A DNA stretch of 63,927 nt, the filler included, from Squatina squatina (Eukaryota): NCBI GenBank assembly GCA_031763465.1. It is 4 parts of 4 records of this genome, joined end to end, with 100 filler letters (N's around TTAATTAATTAA, not from the genome) between each part and the next. Parts side by side here need not be neighbours in the genome. Positions count along the whole stretch, not along the records: positions 1 to 21,617 come from JARFOE010000163.1; positions 21,718 to 36,277 come from JARFOE010000080.1; 2 more parts are not named here. One strand, 5' to 3'. The position numbers were made by a program, and so were the translations under genes. The notes beneath the pieces are model-generated. The model ran no database searches. It had not been told where the DNA came from and worked only from the letters and a program-made list of their open reading frames with translations. Positions 13,346-25,590 of the stretch are shown one piece after another. The first letter of the stretch is position 1. Each line of letters opens with the position of its first letter.

Positions 13346-15014
13346 GGTGAAGACAAAAAGCACCAGAAACTTGCTAGGAAGGATACGATGGCCTAAAAAA
13401 AATTACAAATTAATTGACAGCTAACAACTGAGAGATCGTTTTGCAGTGAGAGGAGACAGGAAGTGTATCAGCGGAGGAGGCGGTCTCATGTCAGTGAAAA
13501 GCAGCCAGCAAACTGGAGGAGGAGGGAGGCCTATGCTGGGGAGCCCTGAATGTTGGCAGGTGGGGGGAGGGGAGTGGAGCATCCCTGAACCAGTGACTGG
13601 GCCTCTGGTGGGAAGAAACTGGTGGAGGGGCTTAGCAGAGGGGGGCACGGCAAGAAACATGCCTCAAATAAATAAATGGAAACAATTTTTAAATTAAAAG
13701 CATGCTGCCAAGGAAACAAATTCTTAATGTATACACATGTTAAGTTAAATTGAAACGGGGTTTGGAATGAAGAATGGAACCAGAATACCAATTTCTAAGA
13801 ACAGCACCACCTATGATGGGAGAACTGAAAGGCAAGTATAATTGTCAGCATGCAAGTAATACAAGTAGGAGCTACAGCATTACCCATTAAAAGTAATACA
13901 AGTAACCATGATTTCAGGTATTACAAACTATCAAATTGTATGATTTTGGTAACAAAAGCCTATCATATTTACTAAGTATTTTAATACATTGTAGATAGAT
14001 GGTTAGTGTACAATTAGGCCTGTACACTAACATTTCACCAACATATGATTACCATAAAAGTAGTCAATTAAGCCAAAAGGGTATTTTGTTATAGTTACAG
14101 CATGCTTAATTTTTACTATGAATTAAATAAAACCAGACTTTCCACCCACCCCCACCAAAAGACCCTATATGATTCCCTGCACTTGTCATTCGAGGTGATG
14201 AAAGCCCAGAGGCTTTTTTTCCCCCAATCATGCTCTCATTGATTACTGTCTCAGGCCTTCTTTTCCAACACAGATGCAATTCTACGGTGCTCAGCTGTAC
14301 CATTTCTAACTTGCGCTGCCAAAAAGTGATAGGGCCAACAGTTTAATACCTGTGACTTGCTGACAGGTTACAATATCCCCAAGTCCTCCCTACTCCTCAG
14401 TGTATGTTTAAATGGAGCCAAGAGATGGCAGCTCATATAGGAGTATGGGAGGGGCTATGATACATCACAAGCTGATATCAATATGACAGATTAACATTCT
14501 CAATATTAAAAGGGATGAGAAAACAGTATGCAGTGTACTTGTCTTTTTAAGAGCAGAGTCTTGCAATGCAGTTACCTTGGTCTTCTCAGCCAATTTTTTG
14601 CAGCAACATTTCCCCATCCGTTCTTAATATTATCACCATCTTAAAACTGCAACACAAGGACTTACTTTGTAATGTGAAGAAATTAAACTGTTCAAAAATA
14701 CAGTACAGTACTGCTCTTTCCTTAGCCAAAAAGATCACATAAAAAGGCCTGCCTCTTAAAGGGACAAGTTCATCGTCACTCTGGTTTCATCCCTACAAAT
14801 TTTTATACAAATAGAAAATTAACAATTTACTATGGTTGTAATTAATTAGCAATATTCTCAAGGCTAGTCGCTGCATCACATTTGTCTTCTATGCTTTACC
14901 TGCACTAGCACCCAATGTGAATTAAAAAAAATCATGGTTGTGTTTGTGTTTCCGATGCTATCCAAAGTTCTCCTGAAAAAATAGACTTTCCAAAATGTTT
15001 GTTCTTGGGTCCAT

Positions 15015-15193
15015 TCAATTCCGTTGCACATTGACCAGTTCGTACGAGATAAACTTTCGGAGCCGCTCCAGGTACTGGCTGTACAGTTCAATGTCATTGT
15101 GACCGGCCCCTTCCACCCACAGTGGCTCTACGGCCTTCATGCAGCGTTCGTACAACGCCAGGCCATGGGAGAAATCGATCACCTCGTCCTCGG
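15015..15193 (-). CDS. ABHD17A: ABHD17A depalmitoylase, last coding exon (5' end in gap)
   Basis: [58 protein letters not shown]; [10 protein letters not shown] favours paralogue A. Confidence 0.88.
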
Positions 15194-15293
15194 NNNNNNN
15201 NNNNNNNNNNNNNNNNNNNNNNNNNNNNNNNNNNNNNNNNNNNNNNNNNNNNNNNNNNNNNNNNNNNNNNNNNNNNNNNNNNNNNNNNNNNNN

Positions 15294-15395
15294 CGAAACG
15301 TTAACTGTTTTTCTCTCCACAGATGCTGCCTGACCTGCTCAGTTTTTCCAGCTTTTTGTTTGTATTCTCGATTCCAGCATCCGCAGTATTTCACT
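15294..15395 (+). mobile_element. Penelope-like terminal repeat fragment
   Basis: cgaaacgttaactg...ctctccacagatgctgcctgacctgct...ccagc, same family as 54137-54279. Confidence 0.55.
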
Positions 15396-16230
15396 TCTGT
15401 CCCTGAAGAGGGAGTCAGTTTAGACCTTAGCACCCAATTTATACTCCATGTTGATCTTTAGTGTCAGTAGTTTTAGCTTTACACCAACGCTAAACCTTGA
15501 GTCTCTGCATTTCCAATCATCCAATATCAGGAAGAAAACCTGGAAATGAGATATCAGGACACTGGTGCGGAGGTAGTCCAAATACCTTCAGCTCTGCGGT
15601 ACTGTCATCTTTATCAGCCTTTCATTCATATCACACTGCCTGTATGACACCTTTATATTTTATTGCTGCCACCAAGCGATAGCCTCAACTTCAGTGGGAG
15701 TAATGGAAGAAACACTTGGGCTGGTCAGCATGGTAAATACAAAAAGCTGCTGCTGCAAGCCGTCACTTCACCGGCTGCAAGCTTGACCAGCCAACAGGAG
15801 AGGTTGGTGACCAGAAATGAAAGTCACAATTCACAATGTTTTTGCTGTTGCCAGCTTTGTGGAATCCATTCTGCAAATGAGCAGGGGGGTGGCAGAGGAT
15901 TCACAGCACTGGAAGCTCCAGCATATTACTGCTTGAAAAGCTCCTGTAGTATAAAGAAAATATCTGAGTCAGCCACGCAACATAAGCAACAAAAATAGTT
16001 CAAGATAGATACTAGTTAAGGTTACTTTAAAAAAGACACCTACTAAAGAGGGCAATATTTCAGTCTTCAGTGATTTATTTTCTATAAATATCCCTTTCCA
16101 AACATGCCTTTGGTCGATAGGATTAGCTGCCTTGTGTTGTTACTGTAAAGGGGCAAGGGCGAGTGTGGGATTTGACAAGGAATCAGCCCAGCAGACCAGC
16201 TCTAATTGAACCATAGTAATGTCCACTTAC

Positions 16231-16410
16231 TTGGGGAATGCATCAAAGCAGTACGTTTTCTTGGTGTCTGGGAACGCCACCCGCATTCCTGAGGTCAGAG
16301 GAGAGTGCAGAATAACGGCAGCACACTCATACCGGGAAGCCAAGTCTACGGTCGGAACGGTACCAATACTCTGCCCATACAATATAATGTTTTCAGGACT
16401 GATGCCATAT
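16231..16410 (-). CDS. ABHD17A: ABHD17A internal exon with catalytic GxSxG
   Basis: ag|180 nt|gtaagt; [59 protein letters not shown]. Confidence 0.92.
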
Positions 16411-16685
16411 CTGAAAGGGAAAAAGAAATCAAGCACATGAGGGACTGTCATTGCCCAAAAGGTTTTATCTACCACTTCAAAACAGTTCTTGCCCATTTGT
16501 CCTTTTCAATCTCGTACTGTATTTGCATGTACAAAGTGCGGCTCAGATTAACGCCCATTACAACTGGTTTTTGCTGCATTCACAANNNNNNNNNNNNNNN
16601 NNNNNNNNNNNNNNNNNNNNNNNNNNNNNNNNNNNNNNNNNNNNNNNNNNNNNNNNNNNNNNNNNNNNNNNNNNNNNNNNNNNNN

Positions 16686-16792
16686 CCCGAAATCTTCCAC
16701 CCCTCACCTTGAATCTATGCCCCCTTGTCATGCTCTGCTGCACCCGGGGAAAAAGTCTCTGATTATCTACTCTATCTATTCCCCTGATCATC
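16686..16792 (-). mobile_element. CR1 ORF2 C-terminal fragment
   Basis: MIRGIDRVDNQRLFPRVQQSMTRGHRFKVRGGRFR. Confidence 0.75.
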
Positions 16793-17145
16793 GTGATATC
16801 ACAAAATAATATCCACTCAGCATGTGCAAGACTCTACGCTATTGGGAATTTTAGCATAGCAGCACTATAATCTGTACTCCATACCACATCCTAAAGCATT
16901 GCTGGGTATCACTCAAAACCACTACAAAAACAAGACCCATTCAAAAATAGAAACAATTCTGAATTAACCGAAGAGTCAGGTATTTCAATACTAATACTCA
17001 TGGATTATACTTCATGTGTTTTACAGTAACCTGTAACCACTGAATATGCCAGCACCTTAATGAATTTTATAATTTTCAAAGCAATTAGCAAAGAAAACTT
17101 CATAAAGATGAGAAATTTTAACGTAAGTAATCTGATAAAACATAC

Positions 17146-17340
17146 CTGGGTCTCAACGCCTGCCATGCAGCATCAATGTCGGCATACAAATTCTTCTCAG
17201 AAGGTTTTCCATTGCTGACTCCATACCCTGAGTAGTCATAGGAGAAGATGTTACAGTTGATTCTGGTGCCTAGACCAATATAGAAGCTGCTCATCTGACC
17301 CAAATCCACTGCATTCCCATGGGAGAAGAGAAGGGTGAAC
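17146..17340 (-). CDS. ABHD17A: ABHD17A internal exon (acceptor site anomalous)
   Basis: [65 protein letters not shown]; donor ag|gtatg; TG rather than AG at the expected acceptor. Confidence 0.85.
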
Positions 17341-17684
17341 CATACGATAGCTGCCACAACATCATATTCCCATGTGGGCTATTTGTGCCTGCAGCTCACC
17401 AACCTTGTTTACTATGCTTTGTGCGTTCATATACATATATACACTGTAAACCTATCTTAGACTATCCTGTGTTCTCTCTTAGTCTGATCCCACCTAATAC
17501 CTTACTATTTCTTGCTGTAGTGCTATCCGTCTTTCCCAATCATTTGTGCCATTTGTTTCTCCTTTCTACTGCTACATCTTGGTGNNNNNNNNNNNNNNNN
17601 NNNNNNNNNNNNNNNNNNNNNNNNNNNNNNNNNNNNNNNNNNNNNNNNNNNNNNNNNNNNNNNNNNNNNNNNNNNNNNNNNNNN

Positions 17685-17830
17685 CATCCTTCCTTAGGTA
17701 AGGAGAACAAAACTGTACCACGATACTCCAGGTGTGGTCTCACCAAGGCCCGATATAATTGTCGCAAAATTCGTTGCTCTCGTACTCCGACCCGCTTTGC
17801 AACAAAGGCCAACGTGGCCATTTGCCGTTC
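17685..17830 (-). mobile_element. CR1 ORF2 fragment
   Basis: MATLAFVAKRVGVREQRILRQLYRALVRPHLEY. Confidence 0.75.
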
Positions 17831-17876
17831 TGATTTCTTATCTTGCGAGCAACCTTCTCTCTTCCCGCCCCTCCAG

Positions 17877-18025
17877 GTGTCCAGAGCCCGGACCAGCGCG
17901 ATCTTCTTTCCCGGCACGACCCCCGGCGCCCCGTCTTTGTCGAGGGGCCCTTCCCGCTGTGGCTCAAGAGGACATGCGTGCAGTACTACATCCTACGCAG
18001 CGACCCCCTGCCCCCGGAGGCCCAG
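17877..18025 (+). CDS. ECSIT: ECSIT, single internal exon
   Basis: Pyrimidine tract and cag|149 nt|gtgagt; [50 protein letters not shown] resembles recalled ECSIT ([13 protein letters not shown]). Confidence 0.85.
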
Positions 18026-18063
18026 GTGAGTGAGTGAGTGAGTGAGTGAGCGAGCGAGCGAGC
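18026..18063 (+). repeat. (GTGA)n(GCGA)n microsatellite at the ECSIT donor
   Basis: Directly visible. Confidence 0.9.
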
Positions 18064-18225
18064 ACACGTGTGGACATAGAGCATGGACAGGATTGGGATC
18101 GGCTGATGTACTCCATGTGCAGGCTCACATATGAAGAATGGTTACCTAGATGAGGTATTGGAGGGTTTCCATGAAACTCTATTCAGTGAGTCCAGGAGAG
18201 ACAAAAATTGGAAGGAAAAAAATAA
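18064..18225 (+). mobile_element. SINE family B 3' part
   Basis: gtgtggac...gacaggattggg...aggctcacatatgaagaatgg resembles the reverse complement of segments in the 9350-9710 and 42255-42590 copies. Confidence 0.5.
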
Positions 18226-19656
18226 AATATTGCTTTCGGTGTTGTCCACAGCGAGTTAGATTATGACCAGTATTAATCCTAGAGATCACCTCTGCATCTG
18301 GATCATGTCGCTATGGTAACATTATGGGCTTTTCAGGTTGCTGTGACATTCTGGCAATTCCATTACACACCGCTCACCACCCTGTGATGACTCACTCCTT
18401 TAAGTGGCAAGACAGTATAATTAGATGCTAGCGCTCATTAATCATGGAGATACATTCTACTTCGGCACTTTCTTGCATTGCTCCGAGAACAGCAGCACTG
18501 GGCACTGTGTGGGTGCCAGTTAAGGAGGCGGTTTTGTTAATTAAAGGGCTGAGTCATCATGGTGAGAGGGGGAAAAAAATTGAGGGGGTGGCCCCAGTCT
18601 CACAGCAACCTGAAACAGTACACGCCATTACCATAGTAACAGCTTCCCGATGCGGGGATGATCTCCAGGAGCAAGCACCAGTAAAATCCCTTTCTAGCTC
18701 ACCGTCAACAGGATGGGCGCAGAGCACACATATTAAATAAATCATACCGGAAACAAGTTAACTCAGCCAACTAGAGACCAGCACTGTTCGGTTCGTAAAA
18801 CAGGACACAACTGGTACATGGTAGAACTGAAGGGGCAGGTCACTCCTCAGACTAATCGCAGGAAAGCATTTCACATTTTTGTTACAGTATCTTACTCGGA
18901 AGGAAAAAATTTAAACTGATCACTCGAGCTGCCACCTGCTCTGAGCCCAGCTGCTGAGACTCAAGATGTCTTAGCAGCAAGCATGGTTATATTTTTAGAA
19001 CATTTTATTCAAGAGATACTGAGGTGATACTGCATGCATTAAGCAGTTCAGAACACAATCACATAAGCAGCTTCTTTACATAGTTTATTCGCAGGGCTTT
19101 GCTCGGTAAGGAGCAGAGGTCCCTCGCACCAGTAAGGAAAAATCAAAACAGTTAAGGAAGAGCGCAGAACACCAAAAAGGACATGGATAAGAAGGATAAG
19201 ACACACTACATCCCTCTTGTAAAATCTGTCCAAGCCTTATGATGAAAGCATCATGCACTTAATTCTGGCTTTCAGAACAGTACTCCAAGAAAGGGAAAGT
19301 AGTTTCAGTAATTCCACCTGATTAATTCAAAGCAAATATAAATTACTGAGTTAGCAGACCACAACAGGGAAACCGGCTGATGAGAGAACTAAAATGCACG
19401 TCCTGGCAAGATACACAAGTGAAACGTTGAGCTTTCCCTTGCAAGGTTGCAGATGGAGAGAGTAGAACATTTCCAACAAACAGGGTGAAGGAGCTGGGTT
19501 TGTACAAGTACACAGAAATTCATAGAACTTACAACACAGAAACAGGCCATTCAACCNNNNNNNNNNNNNNNNNNNNNNNNNNNNNNNNNNNNNNNNNNNN
19601 NNNNNNNNNNNNNNNNNNNNNNNNNNNNNNNNNNNNNNNNNNNNNNNNNNNNNNNN

Positions 19657-19864
19657 CAAGTTCCCCTCCAAGTTACACACTATCCTGACTTGTAATATAA
19701 TCGGCTGTTCCTTAATCCAGGAACTCCCTCCCTAACAGCACTGTGGGAGTACCTTCACCACATGGACTGCAGCGGTTCAACAAGATGGCTCACCACCACC
19801 CTCTGAAGGGCAATAAATGCTGGCCTCGCCAGTGACCCACATCCCAGTACAAATTAAAAAAAAA
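19657..19864 (+). mobile_element. LINE 3' end (CR1-group)
   Basis: ggaactccctccctaacagcactgtgg...ggactgcagcggttcaa...gcaataaatgctggcc plus A tail. Confidence 0.6.
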
Positions 19865-21617
19865 GGAACCTGCATGCTTACTAGCAGAAATGTTGGTGGT
19901 AGTCAAATCAAGTCTGCTTTGAGAGTCCTGGAGTTAAGAGTTTTCTGAATTCCATAACTCAATTATAATTAAAATCATAGTATGTAGGACCAAAACAACT
20001 ATGATATATTATATTAAGAACTGGTACACAGATAGATAACTCAATGAGGACTATTTAAAATCACCAACTACATCTGGAATAATGCTCATGAAAATATATA
20101 AATAGCTCTTCCACAAAATCATGTGGGTAATGCAAGGTTTGTTGTACTGGTTTCCATTTATAGTCAGTCAACAGTATGTGCGTCACCAGGATCATAGGCT
20201 CCTGTCCAACAGCAGCTTTTGGTTTCAGTTACACCCACATGGTTGTAAAGTTCATTCATTTTAGATATCTAATTAAAAGGGAACTGGGACAATTCACTCT
20301 CCTTCCCCCTAGTTCAGAACTCAGGTTATTTTAGGAAGGATTTGATAATTGCACAGGGCAGACTGGATCTTTAAACCTGCATGATGCTACAATCTATTTT
20401 AGTGTTTCAATATATTATGGCCACAGACAAGTGAAAACTAACCAGTTACGACGAGTCTTGAGACAAAGAAAAAAAGCAGAAGGAACTTTACATAGTGCTC
20501 GTATCTGTACAACAGTTTATTTACACATTACATTTTCCAAACACAAGCTAAAACATGTATTACTTGAATAAAGTGTGCTCTGTACAAATTCAAAATCCTA
20601 GAGTTTTAGTGACAATTAATGTACAATAAAAGCTGTCAATATACTGTAAAATATAACTAAAGTAAATGAAGTGCATGCAGCAATTAAAACCAGAAGCCTG
20701 CATCTTGCTGGGCAAGAAACTGCACATTAAAAATAGTATTTTATTAGAGGGTCACTCATGAAACAATTTCTTTTTAATAAGCATTAATCTATCCATGTTG
20801 CTTAGCTTTGAGTTGGAAAAAATATGTAGCAATATTTCCCTCCACAAAATCAGTGGCATCTTTAGCAGAAGCAATACCACATTTTCACTGATAAATATAC
20901 AGTCCCATTTCTAGGGCAAAGATGGCCAAAGAAGCTTTGTTCAGTGTTAGGCATTTATTAATTGGTTATCACTTGCTGCCCTTCTAGAATACCACTCATC
21001 ACAAAAAACACCTACCCTTCCAAAGCTTGCCTAGATTTTATTCAATTAGGGACATAACTAGCCAGCATGCGGTTTTTACAGCATTCTCAGCATCTTTTTC
21101 TCTCTGCCAATTAGAGTCAACTGCTCAAAAACAGCTTACTGTCCAGTCTCAAGCCCTTTTGGAAAACAATAAGTAAAGTATAGTAGGATTTTGAGTCAAG
21201 CAAGTTCTTAAAAGGAGCAAACATGCCACAATAATTTCAGTGGCTAATTTACCACAGCGAAGGGGGAAAGAAATGGGGAAGAAAAAAAAACTGCAAAAAA
21301 AAAATTTGATTTCAGTGCTGTCCCTAAGCTGCAGTGAAATCAGAATGCTAGAGAATGTATAACCCTGACTTCACTACCGATCATTTTGCATTGGTCAACA
21401 TAGAACACAATATACTGAAAAACCAAATATATAAAAAAAATCAACCTCAATATTTCAAAAGGTGCCTTGAACTTCAGCCTTTGAAGATTTCTGGGGGCAT
21501 AGTGCCTCTTGCACATCAATTCATCCTCACTGATCTTTTCTTTCCTGTTGTGGAGCAGCTGCAAATAAGTTCCGCTCAGAAACTAGGCCTTTGATCAGGT
21601 TACAGAGAAAATCCTTT

Positions 21618-21717
21618 NNNNNNNNNNNNNNNNNNNNNNNNNNNNNNNNNNNNNNNNNNNNTTAATTAATTAANNNNNNNNNNNNNNNNNNNNNNNNNNN
21701 NNNNNNNNNNNNNNNNN
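21618..21717. other. Artificial scaffold linker
   Basis: TTAATTAATTAA at 21662-21673 inside N runs; stop codons in all six frames. Confidence 0.95.
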
Positions 21718-22025
21718 GAGATAGAATGGATAGGAAGCACCTATTTCCTTTAGCAGAGATCAATAACCAGGGGGCATAGATTTCAAGTAATTGGTAGAAG
21801 GATTAGAGAGGAGTTGAGAATTTTTTTCTAGGAGCAGGGGTCTGGAACACACAGCCTGAATGGGTGGTAGAGGCAGAAACCCTCATCACATTTAACAAGT
21901 ACTTGGATATGCTCTTGAAGTGCTGTAACCTGCAAGGCTACGTACCAAGAGCTGGAAAGTGGGATTAGGCGCAGACACAATGGGCCGAATGGCCTCCTGT
22001 GCTGTAAATTTCTATGAGTCTATGA
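21718..22025 (+). mobile_element. CR1 LINE 3' end
   Basis: TRGHRFQVIGRR-like peptide, then gggccgaatggcctcc and ttctatgagtctatga tail. Confidence 0.75.
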
Positions 22026-22584
22026 CAGTCCTTGGGACTTGCCTGGTGTTTTTGCCTTTTATCTCTAACCAGTTTAATTTGGTTTAAAACTGACCTATAG
22101 TTTCATTTACAATATATAAAAGTCAGAATTTGGAACTCTGTTATAGCTTTGCACACAGCAAAAGAGAAAGCTGCAAATGTTGGGAATTTGAAATAAAAAT
22201 AGAAAATGCTGGAAATGCAAAGCATAGCATCCCTTCTCTTTCCATACGCTGACAGGCCTGCTGTGTATGTATTTGTGTTAAGTGACTGGTTAGTTCCAAT
22301 TTAGTTTCAGGTTAAAATGAACTGGTGCAGTGACACAGGTCCTGAAGCTTTGCATTATGAAACAGTAGAGTATCTCATGAGGAGCCACCTATCTGCAATA
22401 TCATAGCATGCGATTTCATAACCTACCAAACTAGGCTATACGCATGTGATTTGTGAAGGATGCCTATCATTTGACAGACGGAGACCCTATTGTGTGATGC
22501 ATTAGGAAGTCATTATAGTCTTACCAAAAAGGTTAGCAAATCTTTGTCTCCCTTTAACCTGATACATTTTCTTTCCCTGTATAG

Positions 22585-23873
22585 ACGCTGACATACCAGG
22601 TGAAAGTTCCAATAGTGATTCCCTTCTCGAGTGGCTTAATACATTTAGACGTACAGGAAATGCCACCCGCAGTGGACAGAGTGGGAACCAGACGTGGAGA
22701 GCTGTTAGTCGGACAAACCCTAACAGTGGTGAGTTCCGCTTCAGCCTAGAGATCAACATTAATCATGAGCATGAAGCTGCTAATGGTCAGTCTTTGGACA
22801 CATCTGCACTACAAAGTAACACTAACAGGAACACAGAAAATGCTCAGCTACAAAGTTTGTTAACTCCTGTTGCTAGTCGTACCAGAAGTCGAACTCGAGC
22901 CCACGTCCAACTGGCTGGTGAGCGGGAAAACTCTGAAAGTAACTCGGGTGCAGTGAGGGTTGAGGAAGTAGAATCCATGGACGTTTCTCCACCTTTAGAC
23001 CAAAGGAGTATCAGAAGTGGAACTATTGACAGAGCCACTGGTAGGCAGAGGCCTCGAAGGCAAAGTACAAATCGACAAGCGTCTTTAAATGTAGGTGATG
23101 GAAGGCAATTTGGTAGACGAAGAGCACAACGGCATAGTGTTGGGACAGTACATGAAGAGGAACAGCAAGGTCGAAGTGACTTTGCAGAGTTACAAAGGGA
23201 GGTTCAAACCACTGAAAGAGAGAGTGATGTGCGCGGACAAATGGGACGACGCAGATCTTCCAGGAACTTACAAAACAGACGAAGTCGATCACCCTTGCGT
23301 AGAGAAAGTGTCACTGTAAATCCTTCAGACCGGCCTGTATCCCAGCAGGAGGATTATTTAGAGCAGAGACCGAGCGCTAGCAGACAACGGACAGTGGACC
23401 AATCCACCATGACTACTGAGGAAATGCAAGCTGTCAGTAGCAGTCCTTCTGTCCAGTCGTCAGCTGGTGGAGTGCTTAGACATGAGGCTATGGATGAAGG
23501 GGATGTAAACCATTCCAGTGGATCCTCTGTAGCTGTTCGAAGGCACCCAACTATTATGTTGGATCTTCAGGTTAGAAGGATACGTCCTGGAGAAAACAGA
23601 GATCGTGACAGTATTGCTAATAGGACTCGATCCCGTGTCCGAATGGCAGAAAATACAGTGACATTTGAAAGTGACAGCGGTGGTTTCCGCCGTACCATTT
23701 CACGTTCTGAACTTGCAGGTATTAGGACTTACGTTAGCACTATCCGTATACCTCTGCGCAGGATATCTGAAACTGGGCTTGGTGAGCCATCATCTGTTGC
23801 CTTGAGGTCAATACTTCGTCAGATTATGACAGGATTTGGTGAGCTGAGCTCTCTAATGGAGAATGATTCTGAT
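22585..23873 (+). CDS. RNF6: RNF6 E3 ligase, large terminal exon 5' part (runs into gap)
   Basis: tag acceptor; DSLLEWLNTFRRTGNATRSGQSGNQTWRAVSRTNPNSGEFRFSLEIN...SSVALRSILRQIMTGFGELSSLME; LLEWLNTFRRTGNAT favours RNF6 over RLIM. Confidence 0.92.
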
Positions 23874-24453
23874 NNNNNNNNNNNNNNNNNNNNNNNNNNN
23901 NNNNNNNNNNNNNNNNNNNNNNNNNNNNNNNNNNNNNNNNNNNNNNNNNNNNNNNNNNNNNNNNNNNNNNNNNTCACGCAATCGAGATCTACCCCCGAGA
24001 ATCAAAACCAAGTGTAGCCTTCAGTTGAAACCGGGTTAGTGGATGGCGGGAGCAGTGGGGGGGGGGGCGGGGTGGTTGCAGTAATTGGACCAGGGTGTTC
24101 GGGTGTAATTCAGACCCCATTTTAAGGCCATACGTTCTGTCCTTATTTCCATTATAAATTCCTAAGTCCAATGGAAACAACCTATGTAAACCTGTCACAC
24201 CGTAATTACACCCTTCTGCCATTGATGCTGCTACAGTGTCACCACTGGCAGGAGAGTGTCATTACAGTTTCCTTTATAATGGTAAAAAAGTTGACTGCAA
24301 GTGTGCAGAGCAATGTTCTGTTGACACCACGTAGCCGCGCAGCTCTTAAGACCTCTCGCACAGCCGGCTCATCGGCTTTTCAATGTGAAAAATCGCTCAT
24401 TTTGAATGGGCCATGCAGTCCCTTAAAGGGGCTCCGCACTCAAAAAAAAAAGG

Positions 24454-24642
24454 GGAAACATTAGTGCAGAGAATGAAGTCAGCAAAACCTGCAGTGTATG
24501 TATTAACGAGTATGCAGTAGGGAACAAGCTTCGAAGACTACCTTGTGCACATGAATTTCATATTCATTGTATTGACCGATGGCTTTCTGAAAACTCCACC
24601 TGTCCGATTTGTCGACAGCCTATCTTGGGGTCCAGTAATTAA
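24454..24642 (+). CDS. RNF6: RNF6 C-terminal RING-H2 domain and stop
   Basis: Not in ORF track; [62 protein letters not shown]. Confidence 0.9.
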   Translation, partial: GNISAENEVSKTCSVCINEYAVGNKLRRLPCAHEFHIHCIDRWLSENSTCPICRQPILGSSN

Positions 24643-25067
24643 TTGATGAGGGGTTTGTCCACAAGCTTCTTGTCCATTTTGGAAACTACAAAGTACTAAA
24701 AACAAGAATTATAGGAATTTGTAAAACAAATGTTATAGATTCTATTATAGAACCATGAAATACATTCTTATTGCTTCTTGCTGAAGCTTTATTTTTTTAG
24801 ACACTTTTCGTTGAGCTGAGCACTTTGTCATTGGATTGATTGGAACTGAAGAAAGTGAGCCAAGCTGAAGTATAGTATTGTACATGATTAATCATATCTT
24901 ATACATTTGTTTTGTAGATGCAATTATGATTTATGGTGTGCTCTTTTTGTTACAGGATAACAGTGTAGATTAACAATAAGGCAATTGTCATTTAGTCTGA
25001 CTAATAATACAAATCATCTTGTGAGCAGAATTAAATTGCCCTTAATCTTTGTTTATGATATATATAA

Positions 25068-25073
25068 AATAAA
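25068..25073 (+). promoter_or_regulatory. Candidate RNF6 polyadenylation signal
   Basis: AATAAA about 425 nt after the stop in AT-rich sequence. Confidence 0.4.
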
Positions 25074-25327
25074 ACTTTACACACTGATAAAATGAGCTTG
25101 GTTTTCTGTAATTAAAAAAAAACACACAAGCATTTGCAAAGGATTTCTCTGCCAAATTACAATGAAATTTGCTGATATTTACCATAAAATTTACTGTAAA
25201 TTTGGAAGCAATAATCCTAATATCGANNNNNNNNNNNNNNNNNNNNNNNNNNNNNNNNNNNNNNNNNNNNNNNNNNNNNNNNNNNNNNNNNNNNNNNNNN
25301 NNNNNNNNNNNNNNNNNNNNNNNNNNA

Positions 25328-25590
25328 GGATGAGGAGGGATAGTTCACCATGATCATAGAGGATATCATTTATGACTTTGTTTAGGCTGTTACTGCAGCA
25401 AGGATGGAGAGGTTCAAGCATGGAGTTGCAGGAAAGATGGGCACGGATTTGAGAGGTGACAATGCTTTCAAAGACTTTGGAGAGGAAAGGGAGGGTGTAG
25501 ATGGGGCCGTAGTTTGCAAGGAAGAGAAGTCAAGGATGGATCTTTTGAGGAAGAGGGTGAAGACGGCAGATTTTAAAAAGAGGGGAACAG
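25328..25590 (-). mobile_element. L2 LINE fragment
   Basis: Minus-strand pyrimidine-rich L2-like sequence, residual SLNKVINDILY. Confidence 0.45.
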
